A DNA stretch of 59,049 nucleotides from Coleofasciculus chthonoplastes F2-STO-03 (GCA_040222015.1 JAVJWO010000117.1:1-59049), one strand, 5' to 3'; positions 1 to 10,110 are shown, numbered from the stretch's first letter. Numbers and translations: made by a program. Notes: generated by a model not told the origin, from the letters alone.

Positions 1-337
1 AATCAAAGAAGAATTTACTGCCCAAGGGTTAGCGGAAGCGAAGGAAAATTTACTCGTTGATAGTTTGAGTGAAGCAGAAAGAGCCAACTACCTGAGATTT
101 ATGGAAAATCGGCGCTACGAAATCAGTCTAATCGAAAGTTCACGCTCAGAGGGAAGATTGGAGGGTCTTGAAGAGGGTCTTCAGGAGGGTATGGAGAAAG
201 GTATCCAAGAGGGTATGGAACAAGGTAAACAGCAAGAAAAGATTAACATCGCCAGACTCTTAAAACAACAAGGGACTGATCTCGACACCATCACAGCAGC
301 AACCGGACTGACTAGAGAAGAGATTGAGCAACTGTAA
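1..337 (+). CDS. Rpn family recombination-promoting nuclease / PD-(D/E)XK putative transposase, C-terminal part (5' end outside window)
   Basis: The frame is open from base 2 (IKEEFTAQGLAEAKENL...). It has the EG(L/M)xx repeats and the IARLLKQQG..I...TGLT.EEI tail typical of Rpn C-termini. Confidence 0.8.
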   Translation, partial: IKEEFTAQGLAEAKENLLVDSLSEAERANYLRFMENRRYEISLIESSRSEGRLEGLEEGLQEGMEKGIQEGMEQGKQQEKINIARLLKQQGTDLDTITAATGLTREEIEQL

Positions 338-423
338 ATCATTTGAGTCTACAATCTATGCCAGTAAGATCCGTGAATTCTTTGAGAAATTGGGGATCGG
401 TGTAATCACTGACTGCTGAAACT

Positions 424-1248
424 ATGAACCAGCTAATCATTCAAGTCGATGCCTTCACCTGTACCCCATTTACAGGTAATCCAGCCGCTGTCTGTGTTTT
501 GTCGGCTCCCCAACCGGATAGCTGGATGCAGAATGTGGCACAGGAGATGAATCTGTCTGAAACTGCCTTTTTGGTTCCGCAAGAGGATGGGTTTAATCTG
601 CGTTGGTTTACCCCGACAGTAGAAGTCCCGCTTTGTGGTCACGCTACCTTAGCTAGCGCCCATGTTTTGTGGTCAGAGGGTCATCTGTCCCCGGAGAAAC
701 CAGCCCGTTTTTATACCAAAAGTGGGATACTCATTGCCCAGCATCAGGGTGAATGGATTGAGTTAGATTTCCCGGTAAATCATTCCCAATCCATAACCGC
801 CCCGCCAAACCTTGCGTCAGCGTTAGGCGTACCGATTCAGTCCGTTTGGCAGAATTCTTTGGGCTATTTGGTGGAAGTGGAATCGGAAGAGATGGTGCGA
901 CATCTACAGCCCAATTTTGGTTTACTCAAGACTTTACCGATATCTGATGTTATTGTTACCAGTCAGGCTGATTCGGGTTCGGAGTATGATTTTGTCTCTC
1001 GTTTCTTTGCACCGGGGTTAGGGATTGACGAAGATCCGGTGACGGGTGCCGCCCATTGTTGTTTAGCACCTTTCTGGCGCGATCGCATCAGTAAAAATGA
1101 GTTCTTAGCCTATCAAGCCTCCCATCGAGGCGGGGTAGTCAAGGTACGTTATACCGGGAGCGTTGGCGGAGCCTGTTCCGAAGGAACGTATCGCGTCATT
1201 TTGGGCGGACAAGCGGTTACTGTGATGCGGGGGGAATTGACGGAGTAA
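424..1248 (+). CDS. PhzF family phenazine biosynthesis-like isomerase
   Basis: Motifs VDAFT, GNPAAV, EMNLSETAF, EVPLCGHATLA and EDPVTGAAH. Confidence 0.95.
   Translation: MNQLIIQVDAFTCTPFTGNPAAVCVLSAPQPDSWMQNVAQEMNLSETAFLVPQEDGFNLRWFTPTVEVPLCGHATLASAHVLWSEGHLSPEKPARFYTKSGILIAQHQGEWIELDFPVNHSQSITAPPNLASALGVPIQSVWQNSLGYLVEVESEEMVRHLQPNFGLLKTLPISDVIVTSQADSGSEYDFVSRFFAPGLGIDEDPVTGAAHCCLAPFWRDRISKNEFLAYQASHRGGVVKVRYTGSVGGACSEGTYRVILGGQAVTVMRGELTE
1160..1194. repeat. 27-nt short dispersed repeat (SDR5-like) inserted in a HIP1 site
   Basis: GCG|TTGGCGGAGCCTGTTCCGAAGGAACGT|ATCGC. Removing 1163-1189 restores GCGATCGC in frame. Confidence 0.75.
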
Positions 1249-1409
1249 TGCAGAATCAGACGACTTACTCCCTTCCCACTATAAGATTAGGTAATGTTAA
1301 TGGCTGAAATCCTGATCAGTGCTAGATTTTAGTTCCATAGTTTTATGCCGTAATGGGAGTAGGAGCGAGCAAGATGCTCGCACTACAAGTATTGCCTATT
1401 GCCTATTGC

Positions 1410-1724
1410 CTAGCGCGTAGCACTATATAAAGGAGAAGGCGTTTCTGCTTCCTCTTGCACTTGCAAGAAATCGCACAGAATCGTAGCCGCTAAATCTGCC
1501 ACGCCAAATCTCTTTTTATAGACTTCTAAATGAGCATGGGGAATCGCTTCAAACAGGAGGCGCTGTTGGGGAAATAAAATCCGCTCAAAGTACCAATTGG
1601 GAATATCAGTGATCCGAATGATCTGAATCTGTTTACTGGTATTTGTATAGTAGCAGAGAATTCGATTGGTGTATTCAGTCGGTAAGGAATTAAACATGGG
1701 AAGTGATACCACAGGAAGGAACAA
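1410..1724 (-). CDS. DUF1830 domain-containing protein
   Basis: ILCYYTNTSKQIQIIRITDIPNWYFERILFPQQRLLFEA...AHLEV, the cyanobacterial DUF1830 pattern. Confidence 0.85.
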   Translation of the reverse strand: MFLPVVSLPMFNSLPTEYTNRILCYYTNTSKQIQIIRITDIPNWYFERILFPQQRLLFEAIPHAHLEVYKKRFGVADLAATILCDFLQVQEEAETPSPLYSATR

Positions 1725-1725
1725 A

Positions 1726-1923
1726 TTATCGATGCATTAAGCCACAGTCCACCCCATCGAGGTGTTCAGCACAGGTGACAAAGGGGGAAATGGCTAAAGG
1801 ACAAGCTTTCCATTTTCCCTGTACAGCCACGCCTAGCTGTTGACAGTAACCTCCCCAGCCTTTTCGAAGTTGATAGTGACCGCAATGACGACAGATTGAT
1901 ACTGCATAGTTGATGGTTCTCAT
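1726..1923 (-). CDS. Small Cys-rich cyanobacterial hypothetical protein
   Basis: CRHCGHY...GGYCQQLGVAVQGKWKAC...PF. It abuts the DUF1830 gene (1 nt gap). Confidence 0.7.
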   Translation of the reverse strand: MRTINYAVSICRHCGHYQLRKGWGGYCQQLGVAVQGKWKACPLAISPFVTCAEHLDGVDCGLMHR

Positions 1924-2003
1924 GATTTGATTAAAACGGGTTTATTAAAAAAGAATTCAATGAAAGTAGAAGGGAAAGAAGAGTATTGCCTATTCCCTAT
2001 TCC

Positions 2004-2348
2004 CTATTCCCTATTCCCGAAATTGAAACCGTGGTAGGTATCTGACAATAAACAATTCATGCCTTCACGAATATACGATTCCAGGTGTAATCGCATCTCC
2101 AACGAATAATAGGGAAACGTATGCTTACTGCACAGTTTTTTGCCTTGTTTAACCGCAACAGCCTGGGGATCATTCGAGAGTTTACACAAAACGTAGCATA
2201 GTAAGTCCTGGCGTAGGTTGGTACAGGTAAAAAAAATTCGGCAAAACTTGTTCGGATAAGCGTCTAAGGCGTTTTCAATTTCTTCTTGAATGACTTTCAA
2301 GAGGCGGGTTTGGACTGGCACATTGTTGCTCATGGTTATAACTTCCAA
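2004..2348 (-). CDS. Hypothetical protein, ComFB-like (late competence development) family
   Basis: V.EEIENALDAYP...RQDLLCYVL.KL resembles divergent cyanobacterial ComFB-like proteins. Confidence 0.5.
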   Translation of the reverse strand: MEVITMSNNVPVQTRLLKVIQEEIENALDAYPNKFCRIFFTCTNLRQDLLCYVLCKLSNDPQAVAVKQGKKLCSKHTFPYYSLEMRLHLESYIREGMNCLLSDTYHGFNFGNRE

Positions 2349-2664
2349 GTCGATTCAGGTTTTTAGGTTGTAACACAAGTCAAGGACATCGATTCAGTCG
2401 TTGAACTTTAACCCCAAAATTGTCTTGACTAGACACAGCATTTCGTGTCTACGTGTCTATAAGTAGTCAGACAAAATTAAGGTTAACTATGAAAATTCAT
2501 ACTCGCTTCCCGAAAAGAAGCAAGCTACATCTATGGTTAATTAAAAAAATGATTGGGTTATAAAAACAGTAAAAGGATACTGTCCTTTTAACCCGCTTAC
2601 CTCATGTTTGAACAGAAATTAATGCCATAAATCCAGAGACAAATGACTCAGGTTCACCCCAATA

Positions 2665-2913
2665 TCAAACCAGACTATCTTCAAAAATGGTTAGGGTGTG
2701 AGGCTGAAATTGTTTGATGGTTACGCTCATGAGTTGGGCGCTTTCTTCGAGAATATCTTGCAGATAACCGTGCTGGGATAATTCAGCGTCTTGGATTGTG
2801 CCAAAGGGACCAAAGTAGTAAACACACCCAGGATCATGGGTAATCACTTCCAGCCAATAGGCTAATCCCAGTTTGGACAAGATTTCTAAATACTGTTCTT
2901 TTTTTAAGTTCAT
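2665..2913 (-). CDS. DUF1816 domain-containing protein
   Basis: GLAYWLEVIT..P.CVYYFGPF....A......GY.QD..EE motif. Confidence 0.9.
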   Translation of the reverse strand: MNLKKEQYLEILSKLGLAYWLEVITHDPGCVYYFGPFGTIQDAELSQHGYLQDILEESAQLMSVTIKQFQPHTLTIFEDSLV

Positions 2914-2961
2914 ATCATGATTATCTCCCTCAATGTTCTCGGAGGACTGGTTAACTAAAGG

Positions 2962-3228
2962 TTAAGTGGTTTCGGCGACAAAATCCTCGATCGCCTCCTG
3001 TAAGGCTTGAGTCATCTGGTGTACCGAGTCTTGAATCATTTGCAGATACTCTAACTCTTAATCGTCGCTCAGGTGTCCCCGGAAATCTTCTAGGAGTTTG
3101 AGGAAAATCTTGCTCAGGAGCATCTACTCTTCTAGCTCTTGGGAGATTTTATCGGTAAATCCGTACTTTAAGTGACTCAAGTTAGTTTGGCGGGATTCAG
3201 TGGCTCTTATCTGTTGTAAAAGTTGCAT
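2962..3228 (-). pseudogene. Degenerate stand-alone HisKA-like helical protein with two in-frame stops
   Basis: The 89-codon frame reads MQLLQQ..LSHLKYGFTDKISQELEE*ML..LLEDFRGHLSDD*ELEYLQMIQDSVHQMTQAL... Confidence 0.55.
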
Positions 3229-3790
3229 TTTATGAAAACCTACCTTCTCATTTTTCAAAAGTTTGTAAACTTGTAATCTTTAATCTGTCTTATACAGTAC
3301 ACGATCCCCGGAGATCGTCAAGGTTCTTGTCGATTCTTTTTGACTTTAATGTGTATGATTTAAATCAAAATGGTTTGCGTTTGTGCTTTTTTGCATAACT
3401 TAATTATTTGCTTGTTTTTTTTAATGAATATAACAAAGTGCTACTTTAGGTTAACTTATGCTATGCTCTAGTTTGAGAAGCTTTATCCTAGTCTATAAGG
3501 TGATATATCAACATCGCGTTGAGATTTATGGTCAATATGTATAAGTTGGTATGATTTGGCGTGTTTTTTCTATATCACCTAAATCGGTAGCGCCAATCAG
3601 AGAACCGAATTGAGGTATCATCGAGTACCGATTTAGTCAGTTGAGGAGAACCAGATAGGATGTTGAGATGCACCTTGTCGTGTCCATTCAACATCAACAA
3701 AGGGATTATTGTATAGCGGTGTTACCGTTTCTTCAGAACCTCCCCGACTGCGATCGCGGAATCGGTAGTTAACAAGGGTGGAAGTGTGAT

Positions 3791-6169
3791 ATGGGTAAAC
3801 GATCGCTTTCGGCAAATGCACAGGGTATCGTCCAAGCCAAAGAAGCGATGGCGCGGAAACAGTGGACTCATCAAGTGCTGGCAAAAAAGGTCGGCGTTAA
3901 GACTCGCCTATCCATCAGTAAATTTTTTGCGGGTCGTCCCGTTGAGCGACGGATTTTCATCGAGATTTGCTCGCAACTGGATTTATCCTGGCAAGAGGTG
4001 GCGACTCAGGTTCCAGAGGAGAGGCTATCCCCAGGGATGAATCATTCGGGAAATCAGCCTGTTGAACTCAATGCTTTAGTTGCAGAGGTTCGTGCTTGTT
4101 GCCAGGATCAGATTGAGACTCATTTGGATACCGTGCCGTTATGGGATGTGCCGAAACCAATTTCCCTAGCGGATATTTATATGGATGTAGAGGTTTGGCA
4201 AGATATCCCCAACCGATGCTGGTTCGACTTGATGGATTGGCGGCGACATTTTCAAGTGAATCGGGAGAGGGGTTATGGGTTGAGTGTGGATGGAATCTCT
4301 CAGGAACGAGTGTTGGCAATGGTGGTGTTGGCAAGACAAACCAACCTAATCCTTTGGGGGAAACCGGGAACGGGTAAAACTACGTTTTTGCAGTATGTGG
4401 CGACTCAGTGTATTCACGGTAAATTTGCGGTGGATCAGGTGCCGATTTATATTGAATTGAGGGTTTTGGTGCAACAAGCCAATACTCTAAGCTTACTGGA
4501 TTATATCTGCCAAGATTTTAGCGATCGCGGTGTCTCTGGGGAAACGGTGAAAACCTTACTCCAGGAGGGGAAACTGCTGATTTTGCTAGATGGCTGGGAT
4601 GAAATCTCCCCGTCGAGGCGTTTCTCTCTATTCAACAAACTGCGTTGGTTCTGTAATCGTTATCATAAAAATCGCTATGTGATCACCTGTCGCACTGGGG
4701 TGGAATTGTATCGGTTTGGCGGATTTACTGAGGTGGAACTTGCCGATTGGACGTTGACTCAAATTAGTCATTTTGCCCGGAAGTACTTTGTGGCTTTGGC
4801 TGGTGTTAATTGGGAGAGGGGGTTAGCGAAAGCGACTGAGTTTATTGCCCAACTGGAGTATCCGGAAAACGTGACGATTAAGGACATGGTGAGAACCCCT
4901 CTATTGCTCAGTTTCATCTGCCATGTCTTCCAATCCCAAGCCCGTTTTCCTCGCCAACAGGCTAGACTTTATCAGGAAGGATTGGATCTTCTGCTCCAGA
5001 AATGGGATCACTCGAAAGGGGTTGAGCGAGATTCTGCTGAACAACCGTTGGCTTGGGTAAATCGGTTGAAGCTGTTGGATCAAGTGGCGTCTGTTACCTT
5101 TACCCAACAGCAGTATTGCTTTGCCCAATCTCAGTTGGAACACTATATTGGTGACTATCTGCAAACACTCCCAGATTATCAGGAGGTTGATCCGGTTGGC
5201 TTACAGATACAGAGTCAAGGGATTTTAAAAGCGATTGAATGTCACCATGGAGTATTGGTGGAGCGATCGCGGCGTATCTATTCTTTTGCTAATTTGAGTG
5301 TTCAGCAATACTTCACCGCTAGAGAGTTTACCACGACAACTGAGCAGAAGCCTGACGCGATCGCGGAATTAGTGACGCACTTGACTGAACAATCCTGGCG
5401 AGAGGTATTTTTATTCGCTGTCACCCTATTGCGTCACCCTGAACAATTAATCCAGGCGATGAAACAAGGGGTGGATCAGTTATTGATACCGGATCAGCGA
5501 TTAGGGCAATTCGTGAACTGGATAGACCATCAATCCAAATCTAGTCCATTATCCCACAAGTCATCCGCCGTGCGAGCCTTTGATTTTGCCCTGGCTTTAA
5601 TTTTGGATCAGGCGTTAGCCCAGACACTCAATTCATATCTGCTTGATCAACCTTTGGAAGCGCCACCGTTACAGCAATTACTCTCATGCTTATCCTTACC
5701 CCGAAAGTTAGACGTTAAGTTTACATTACCGGAGGCGTTAGCGTTTAAAACGAAGGAGTATTTGCCCAATGAGTCGTTTTCGCCACCGTTATACCGGGCA
5801 TTAATCCTGAACGCTACCTTGAATTATAGTCTAGCATTTAACCTAGCGGTTGATCCTGAGCGTCTGGGTACATTAGCGCGATCGCTAAACACTTTACTCG
5901 ATCCGGTTTTTCAGTTTCAATCTAACCTGGAGATATTGAACCAATGGTGGTCTAATCATCGTCACTCTTGGATCAAACGAGTTCGCTTTTTCCTGGGACA
6001 ACATGAACAGAAGCAACATGATTGGCAGTTTAGCACAAACCAGACGCGATCGCTATGGGATTATTATGATGCGAATCAATTATTGGTGGATTGTTTAAGG
6101 ATCAGTGATGAGATAAATACTGAGGTGCAGCAAGATATTGAGGACGAGTTATTTTTGTATCGGGAATAG
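3791..6169 (+). CDS. HTH-NACHT NTPase with C-terminal helical domain
   Basis: N-terminal XRE-like HTH, Walker A GKPGTGKTT, Walker B LILLDGWDE, VITCR, TPLLL, and the cyanobacterial NACHT tail YYDANQLLVDCL. Confidence 0.92.
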   Translation: MGKRSLSANAQGIVQAKEAMARKQWTHQVLAKKVGVKTRLSISKFFAGRPVERRIFIEICSQLDLSWQEVATQVPEERLSPGMNHSGNQPVELNALVAEVRACCQDQIETHLDTVPLWDVPKPISLADIYMDVEVWQDIPNRCWFDLMDWRRHFQVNRERGYGLSVDGISQERVLAMVVLARQTNLILWGKPGTGKTTFLQYVATQCIHGKFAVDQVPIYIELRVLVQQANTLSLLDYICQDFSDRGVSGETVKTLLQEGKLLILLDGWDEISPSRRFSLFNKLRWFCNRYHKNRYVITCRTGVELYRFGGFTEVELADWTLTQISHFARKYFVALAGVNWERGLAKATEFIAQLEYPENVTIKDMVRTPLLLSFICHVFQSQARFPRQQARLYQEGLDLLLQKWDHSKGVERDSAEQPLAWVNRLKLLDQVASVTFTQQQYCFAQSQLEHYIGDYLQTLPDYQEVDPVGLQIQSQGILKAIECHHGVLVERSRRIYSFANLSVQQYFTAREFTTTTEQKPDAIAELVTHLTEQSWREVFLFAVTLLRHPEQLIQAMKQGVDQLLIPDQRLGQFVNWIDHQSKSSPLSHKSSAVRAFDFALALILDQALAQTLNSYLLDQPLEAPPLQQLLSCLSLPRKLDVKFTLPEALAFKTKEYLPNESFSPPLYRALILNATLNYSLAFNLAVDPERLGTLARSLNTLLDPVFQFQSNLEILNQWWSNHRHSWIKRVRFFLGQHEQKQHDWQFSTNQTRSLWDYYDANQLLVDCLRISDEINTEVQQDIEDELFLYRE

Positions 6170-6218
6170 GAAGATGGGGGAGATGGGGGAGATGGGGGAG
6201 ATGATTTAACCCTGAGTC

Positions 6219-6363
6219 AGGGCGGGTTTTGTATCAACGTTAGCATCAATCGCCACAAGAAATTCCCTAAACCCGCCCCTACACAATCAAAACTTGCTCA
6301 GGGCGGGTTTTGTATCAACGTTAGCATCAATCGCCACAAGAAATTCCCTAAACCCGCCCCTAC
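6219..6363. repeat. Two tandem REP-like palindromes (GGGCGGGTTT...AAACCCGCCCCTAC)
   Basis: Two identical ~64-nt copies between convergent genes. Related copies lie at about 7795, 14397, 21088, 40247, 40875 and 49645. Confidence 0.8.
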
Positions 6364-8759
6364 TATTTCAATCCTAATAACTGCGCCACAATGGGTAAAA
6401 CCGCATTCGCGCGATCGCTATCCAATTCCTCCTCCCCTATCCCCGGTGTCTCAACTGAAGTTCCCCGTTTGACTCGTTCCCCGATTTGGCGGCGTTCAGC
6501 CGTAGAAAAGCTGGCAAAGGTGCGACGTAATAACGGTAATATCTCGGTAAAGGTGTCCTCTGGAAGCTGAATCATCCAATCATCGACAACTTGCCACAAG
6601 GGATAGTCATGCAGGAGTAACAATCCACTCCCCTGCAAAAACCCTTCTATCCAAGCCGCCGCTTGCGGGGGTTCACTGGCTTGAGAGAGAGCAAACGCTA
6701 ACCGACGGGAGGCGTCATTCCGATTAAAGACTCCAGCATCCAATAATAATCGACAACTTCGACCTGCGAGTAACCCATGCAGGTTGGCTTGATCGGTCAG
6801 TTGTAATAATACCTGTTGCCAGGATTGTTTATACTCCAGATTATTCAACAGTGAAATCGCGTAATTCATTTGTTGGATACGCTGATCGATATGCCGTGCT
6901 GCTTCATCATCCAGAGATGCACAAGCTAGAGGTAAACCCAGACAAATCCGAGTCACCAATCCATCCACCACCGAGATAATCATCCGAGTGTCGGTTTGGC
7001 GGACATTTCCATAGCGTAAGACTTGCGCCAATGGGGGTAATGCCTCCATTAATTGGGCGACATCTCGGTTAAGAGTGGCTTCAGTTTGCAGGCGATGCAT
7101 CACTTCGGGTAACGCATTGGGTAAATTTGCCAATAAGACAGTTTCAACTAACTGAGTCAAACTCGGTAACGCTTGCACCTGTTGTGCTTGATGTCGGGTG
7201 TATGCTGTAGCCGCCGAATCGATTGTATTCCCCCAAATTCCGGCTTCGATGAGTTTAACGGCAAATTCTGGATGCCATTGAACGCGCCACCCTTCTTTAA
7301 AGGTTCCTTTCCCCCTTGTCGATTGTCGTATCCCCCAAGGAATACCGAGTAAATCCAGACGATGGAGTAAATGCGATCGCGCTAAGTCGTTCGTTTTCCG
7401 CAAATCCAGTTCATACTGTTTCTCGGTGGGATTGGCGGGGAGGCGTAAGCGTTTCTGCTGCTGTTGTAAATCCCGTTGCAAAGGAACCATGGGTGTATCA
7501 TCGGGAACTTCTCCCAATCGTTCACCAACAATCAGTTGATCCTGAATTAAGCGCATCGGTAAATCAGAGCCAAAACACAGCACCGTTTGCGTCGCTTCAT
7601 TTAACTCAAGTAAACCCGGCATCGCGCGATCGCGCAATGCTGCCAAAGATTCCGCCAACCGTACCGCTTCAATAATATGAGCAGATGAGGCATCTAAATC
7701 TTCCTGACGCAACAACTGCGCCACCTTAATCAACCACCGAATCGCGATCGCTGATTGTTGATCGTTGAGTTTTGATATGTGTCCTGACATATCTGTAGGG
7801 GCGGGTTTAGGGACTTTCTTGTCGCGATTGATAGTAACGTTGGTACAAAACCCGCCCTGACTCAGACTTGAATCAACTCCCCCAGCTCCCCAGACGCGCC
7901 ATGGCGCGTCTCTACATGCTCCCTCTGCTCCCCCATCCTGATAACAATCCCACAAATGACCATACCAACCCGGAGATTCAACACCCGCCCCATAGCCACT
8001 CTTAAATGCCAGTCGCCCATAAGTCCACGGTATCCAAGTAGCTTCCACTTTCGTTTTCGCCAATCCCTTAAGCAACGCATTATCCGCTTTCGCCGCAGGC
8101 ATATCCACCAATGCAGGAGCGTGCCATGCACCACAGACAACAGCAATGCATTGAAACCCCTCTTTTTGCGCCGCCCGAATCTGTTTCCGCATATAGGCTT
8201 CCCGTTGCGCTTCCCTCGGATCATCTCTGGGGGGTAAATCCTGACGCAAAGCCGTCATTGCCGCTAAAATCGCCTCAAATACATCTGTACTCTCCTGGCG
8301 ATGTTCAACTAACTGTTCCCACCAACGTTCCCCATCACTATACCCAGCAATTCTTGCCAAATAACCCAACGGATCAACCTGAATCTCATCCTCTCCCCCA
8401 TCTCCCTCTGCTTCCTCTGCTTCCTCTGCTCCCCCAGCTTCCCCTGCCAACTGATGCACCAAGGGCAAATCCATAAACCGCACCGGAATCCCTTGAGTTA
8501 AGGCATAATCAATCCCTTGCCATTCTGGGGAAAAAATAGCAAAGGGATAATAAACCGCCCGTTGGGGTTGGTCGGGTCTATAAACCAATAACGCCACAGG
8601 CGGTTGCATCTGGGAATGAGTCACGAAAGGCAGCATCCCATCCCCATCCGGGGGACCTTCTACTAAGAGGATATCCGGGTTGAGACTATGCAGAGCATGA
8701 CAGAGCGATCGCGCACATCCGGGTCCATGATGACGTATGCCAAAGATATGGATGCTCAT
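6363..8759 (-). CDS. DUF5682 family protein (YehM-like)
   Basis: GIRHHGPG.AR, VEGP, CGAWH.PAL, SGYGAGV.SPGWY, and SSAH.IEAVRLAE.LA.LR. Confidence 0.9.
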   Translation of the reverse strand: MSIHIFGIRHHGPGCARSLCHALHSLNPDILLVEGPPDGDGMLPFVTHSQMQPPVALLVYRPDQPQRAVYYPFAIFSPEWQGIDYALTQGIPVRFMDLPLVHQLAGEAGGAEEAEEAEGDGGEDEIQVDPLGYLARIAGYSDGERWWEQLVEHRQESTDVFEAILAAMTALRQDLPPRDDPREAQREAYMRKQIRAAQKEGFQCIAVVCGAWHAPALVDMPAAKADNALLKGLAKTKVEATWIPWTYGRLAFKSGYGAGVESPGWYGHLWDCYQDGGAEGACRDAPWRVWGAGGVDSSLSQGGFCTNVTINRDKKVPKPAPTDMSGHISKLNDQQSAIAIRWLIKVAQLLRQEDLDASSAHIIEAVRLAESLAALRDRAMPGLLELNEATQTVLCFGSDLPMRLIQDQLIVGERLGEVPDDTPMVPLQRDLQQQQKRLRLPANPTEKQYELDLRKTNDLARSHLLHRLDLLGIPWGIRQSTRGKGTFKEGWRVQWHPEFAVKLIEAGIWGNTIDSAATAYTRHQAQQVQALPSLTQLVETVLLANLPNALPEVMHRLQTEATLNRDVAQLMEALPPLAQVLRYGNVRQTDTRMIISVVDGLVTRICLGLPLACASLDDEAARHIDQRIQQMNYAISLLNNLEYKQSWQQVLLQLTDQANLHGLLAGRSCRLLLDAGVFNRNDASRRLAFALSQASEPPQAAAWIEGFLQGSGLLLLHDYPLWQVVDDWMIQLPEDTFTEILPLLRRTFASFSTAERRQIGERVKRGTSVETPGIGEEELDSDRANAVLPIVAQLLGLK

Positions 8760-9155
8760 TTTTTAGTCTGACTCCCCTGCATATAGCGTTTTTTTTGTCA
8801 AATCAGCCACGGATGGCGTTGCCAAAATTGTGTCATTGAGATCAGCGTGTAGTATTTGTAGTGCTTGATTCTTAAAACTATCAGATTGTTGGCAGAATCG
8901 GCAATTGGAGGATTTTTTGACTCAATTTATTGATAAAAGCGAATAAAAACCCAACGTCTCATGTTTAATCTATCTTCACAAATCATACTACAGTCCCGGT
9001 ACAACGGCAATATCATGGTTTCCAGTTATTTTTTAGGTATTCACATTCCTTAACATAGAAAGTATCATTTGCTTTACTTGACAGATTTAAAAGGTTAACC
9101 GACAGACTATCAAGTTTTACTTATACTGATGTTCGCTAAAAACAGACAAGAAATA

Positions 9156-9295
9156 AGGGAATGTAGGGAATGTAGGGAATGTAGGGAATGTAGGGGATGT
9201 AGGGAATGTAGGGGATGTAGGGAATGTAGGGGATGTAGGGGATGTAGGGGATGTAGGGGATGTAGGGGATGTAGGGGATGTAGGGGATGTAGGGG
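9156..9295. repeat. Tandem 9-mer array AGGG(A/G)ATGT, about 15 copies
   Basis: Read directly. It runs into a GTAGGGGCGAGTCG...CGACTCGCCCC hairpin. Confidence 0.95.
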
Positions 9296-9663
9296 CGAGT
9301 CGCTGCATATCATTACCGGGAAATCCCTCAATTATCTCGACTCGCCCCACTATCATTACCGGGAAATCCCTTATTTTTGTCGAGGAATTCTCATCGTTCG
9401 TTCACCCGTTGGCACGGATAACGTGGTGGGTTACGGCGGATCGCCAATTAAAGGGTTTGTGTTGTGAATTAATTACCACCTAACCCACCCTACGAATTAC
9501 GGTTGATCGGGGTCTATAGGACGGCACATTTTCCCATGATATAAAATTACCTAAAATCTCCCCAGAAGTCAAGGGCTAATTCGTTTTTTTTAGACAGAGA
9601 TTAAGTTCTGCAAATAGTCCTCAAACACTGACGAATGACAAATGACATAAGACATAAGACGAA

Positions 9664-10110
9664 TTAACCCTCCACCTGATCCCGACGCACTCGATAGTAA
9701 ATCGCCTTCACATTAGGACCAAAGACAATCTCCTCTTCATTTTGCAGTTCATAGCTTTGGTGCTTTTGACCGTTAATTAACAAGCCATTAGAACTTAACT
9801 TCCCTTTAAGATTGCCATCAACAATACGATAGGCATTATGCCCATCCTCACCCTCTACTCGCATTAACGTGGCGTGGTGACGGGAGACAAACTGTGAGAA
9901 CAGACGAATATCACAATCATGGTCTCTGCCAATGGAATAGAGTTCACCGTCTAGGACAAACCGATGTCGTCCTCGGTCATCTTGAACAATGAGAACATGT
10001 CCCTCCGGAAAATCAGACGTATCTGAACTCACCCCGCCGGAAGATGACTGATCCGATGAGGGTGGGGAATCGGGAGTTGGTTCAATGGGCAACATCTGAC
10101 TTATGATCAA
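9664..10110 (-). CDS. FHA domain-containing protein
   Basis: IGRD..CDIRL...VSR.HA and SSNGLLING. Confidence 0.92.
   Translation of the reverse strand: MIISQMLPIEPTPDSPPSSDQSSSGGVSSDTSDFPEGHVLIVQDDRGRHRFVLDGELYSIGRDHDCDIRLFSQFVSRHHATLMRVEGEDGHNAYRIVDGNLKGKLSSNGLLINGQKHQSYELQNEEEIVFGPNVKAIYYRVRRDQVEG

Noticed and set aside
3711..3725. NtcA box upstream of the NACHT gene
   Set aside because: The spacing is GTA-N9-TAC, not GTA-N8-TAC.
9110..9467. Cys-rich (REC/RGC) metallothionein-like ORF and the HPL/SPT repeat ORFs
   Set aside because: These are translations of a stop-free 9-mer DNA repeat in several frames, with no other coding evidence.
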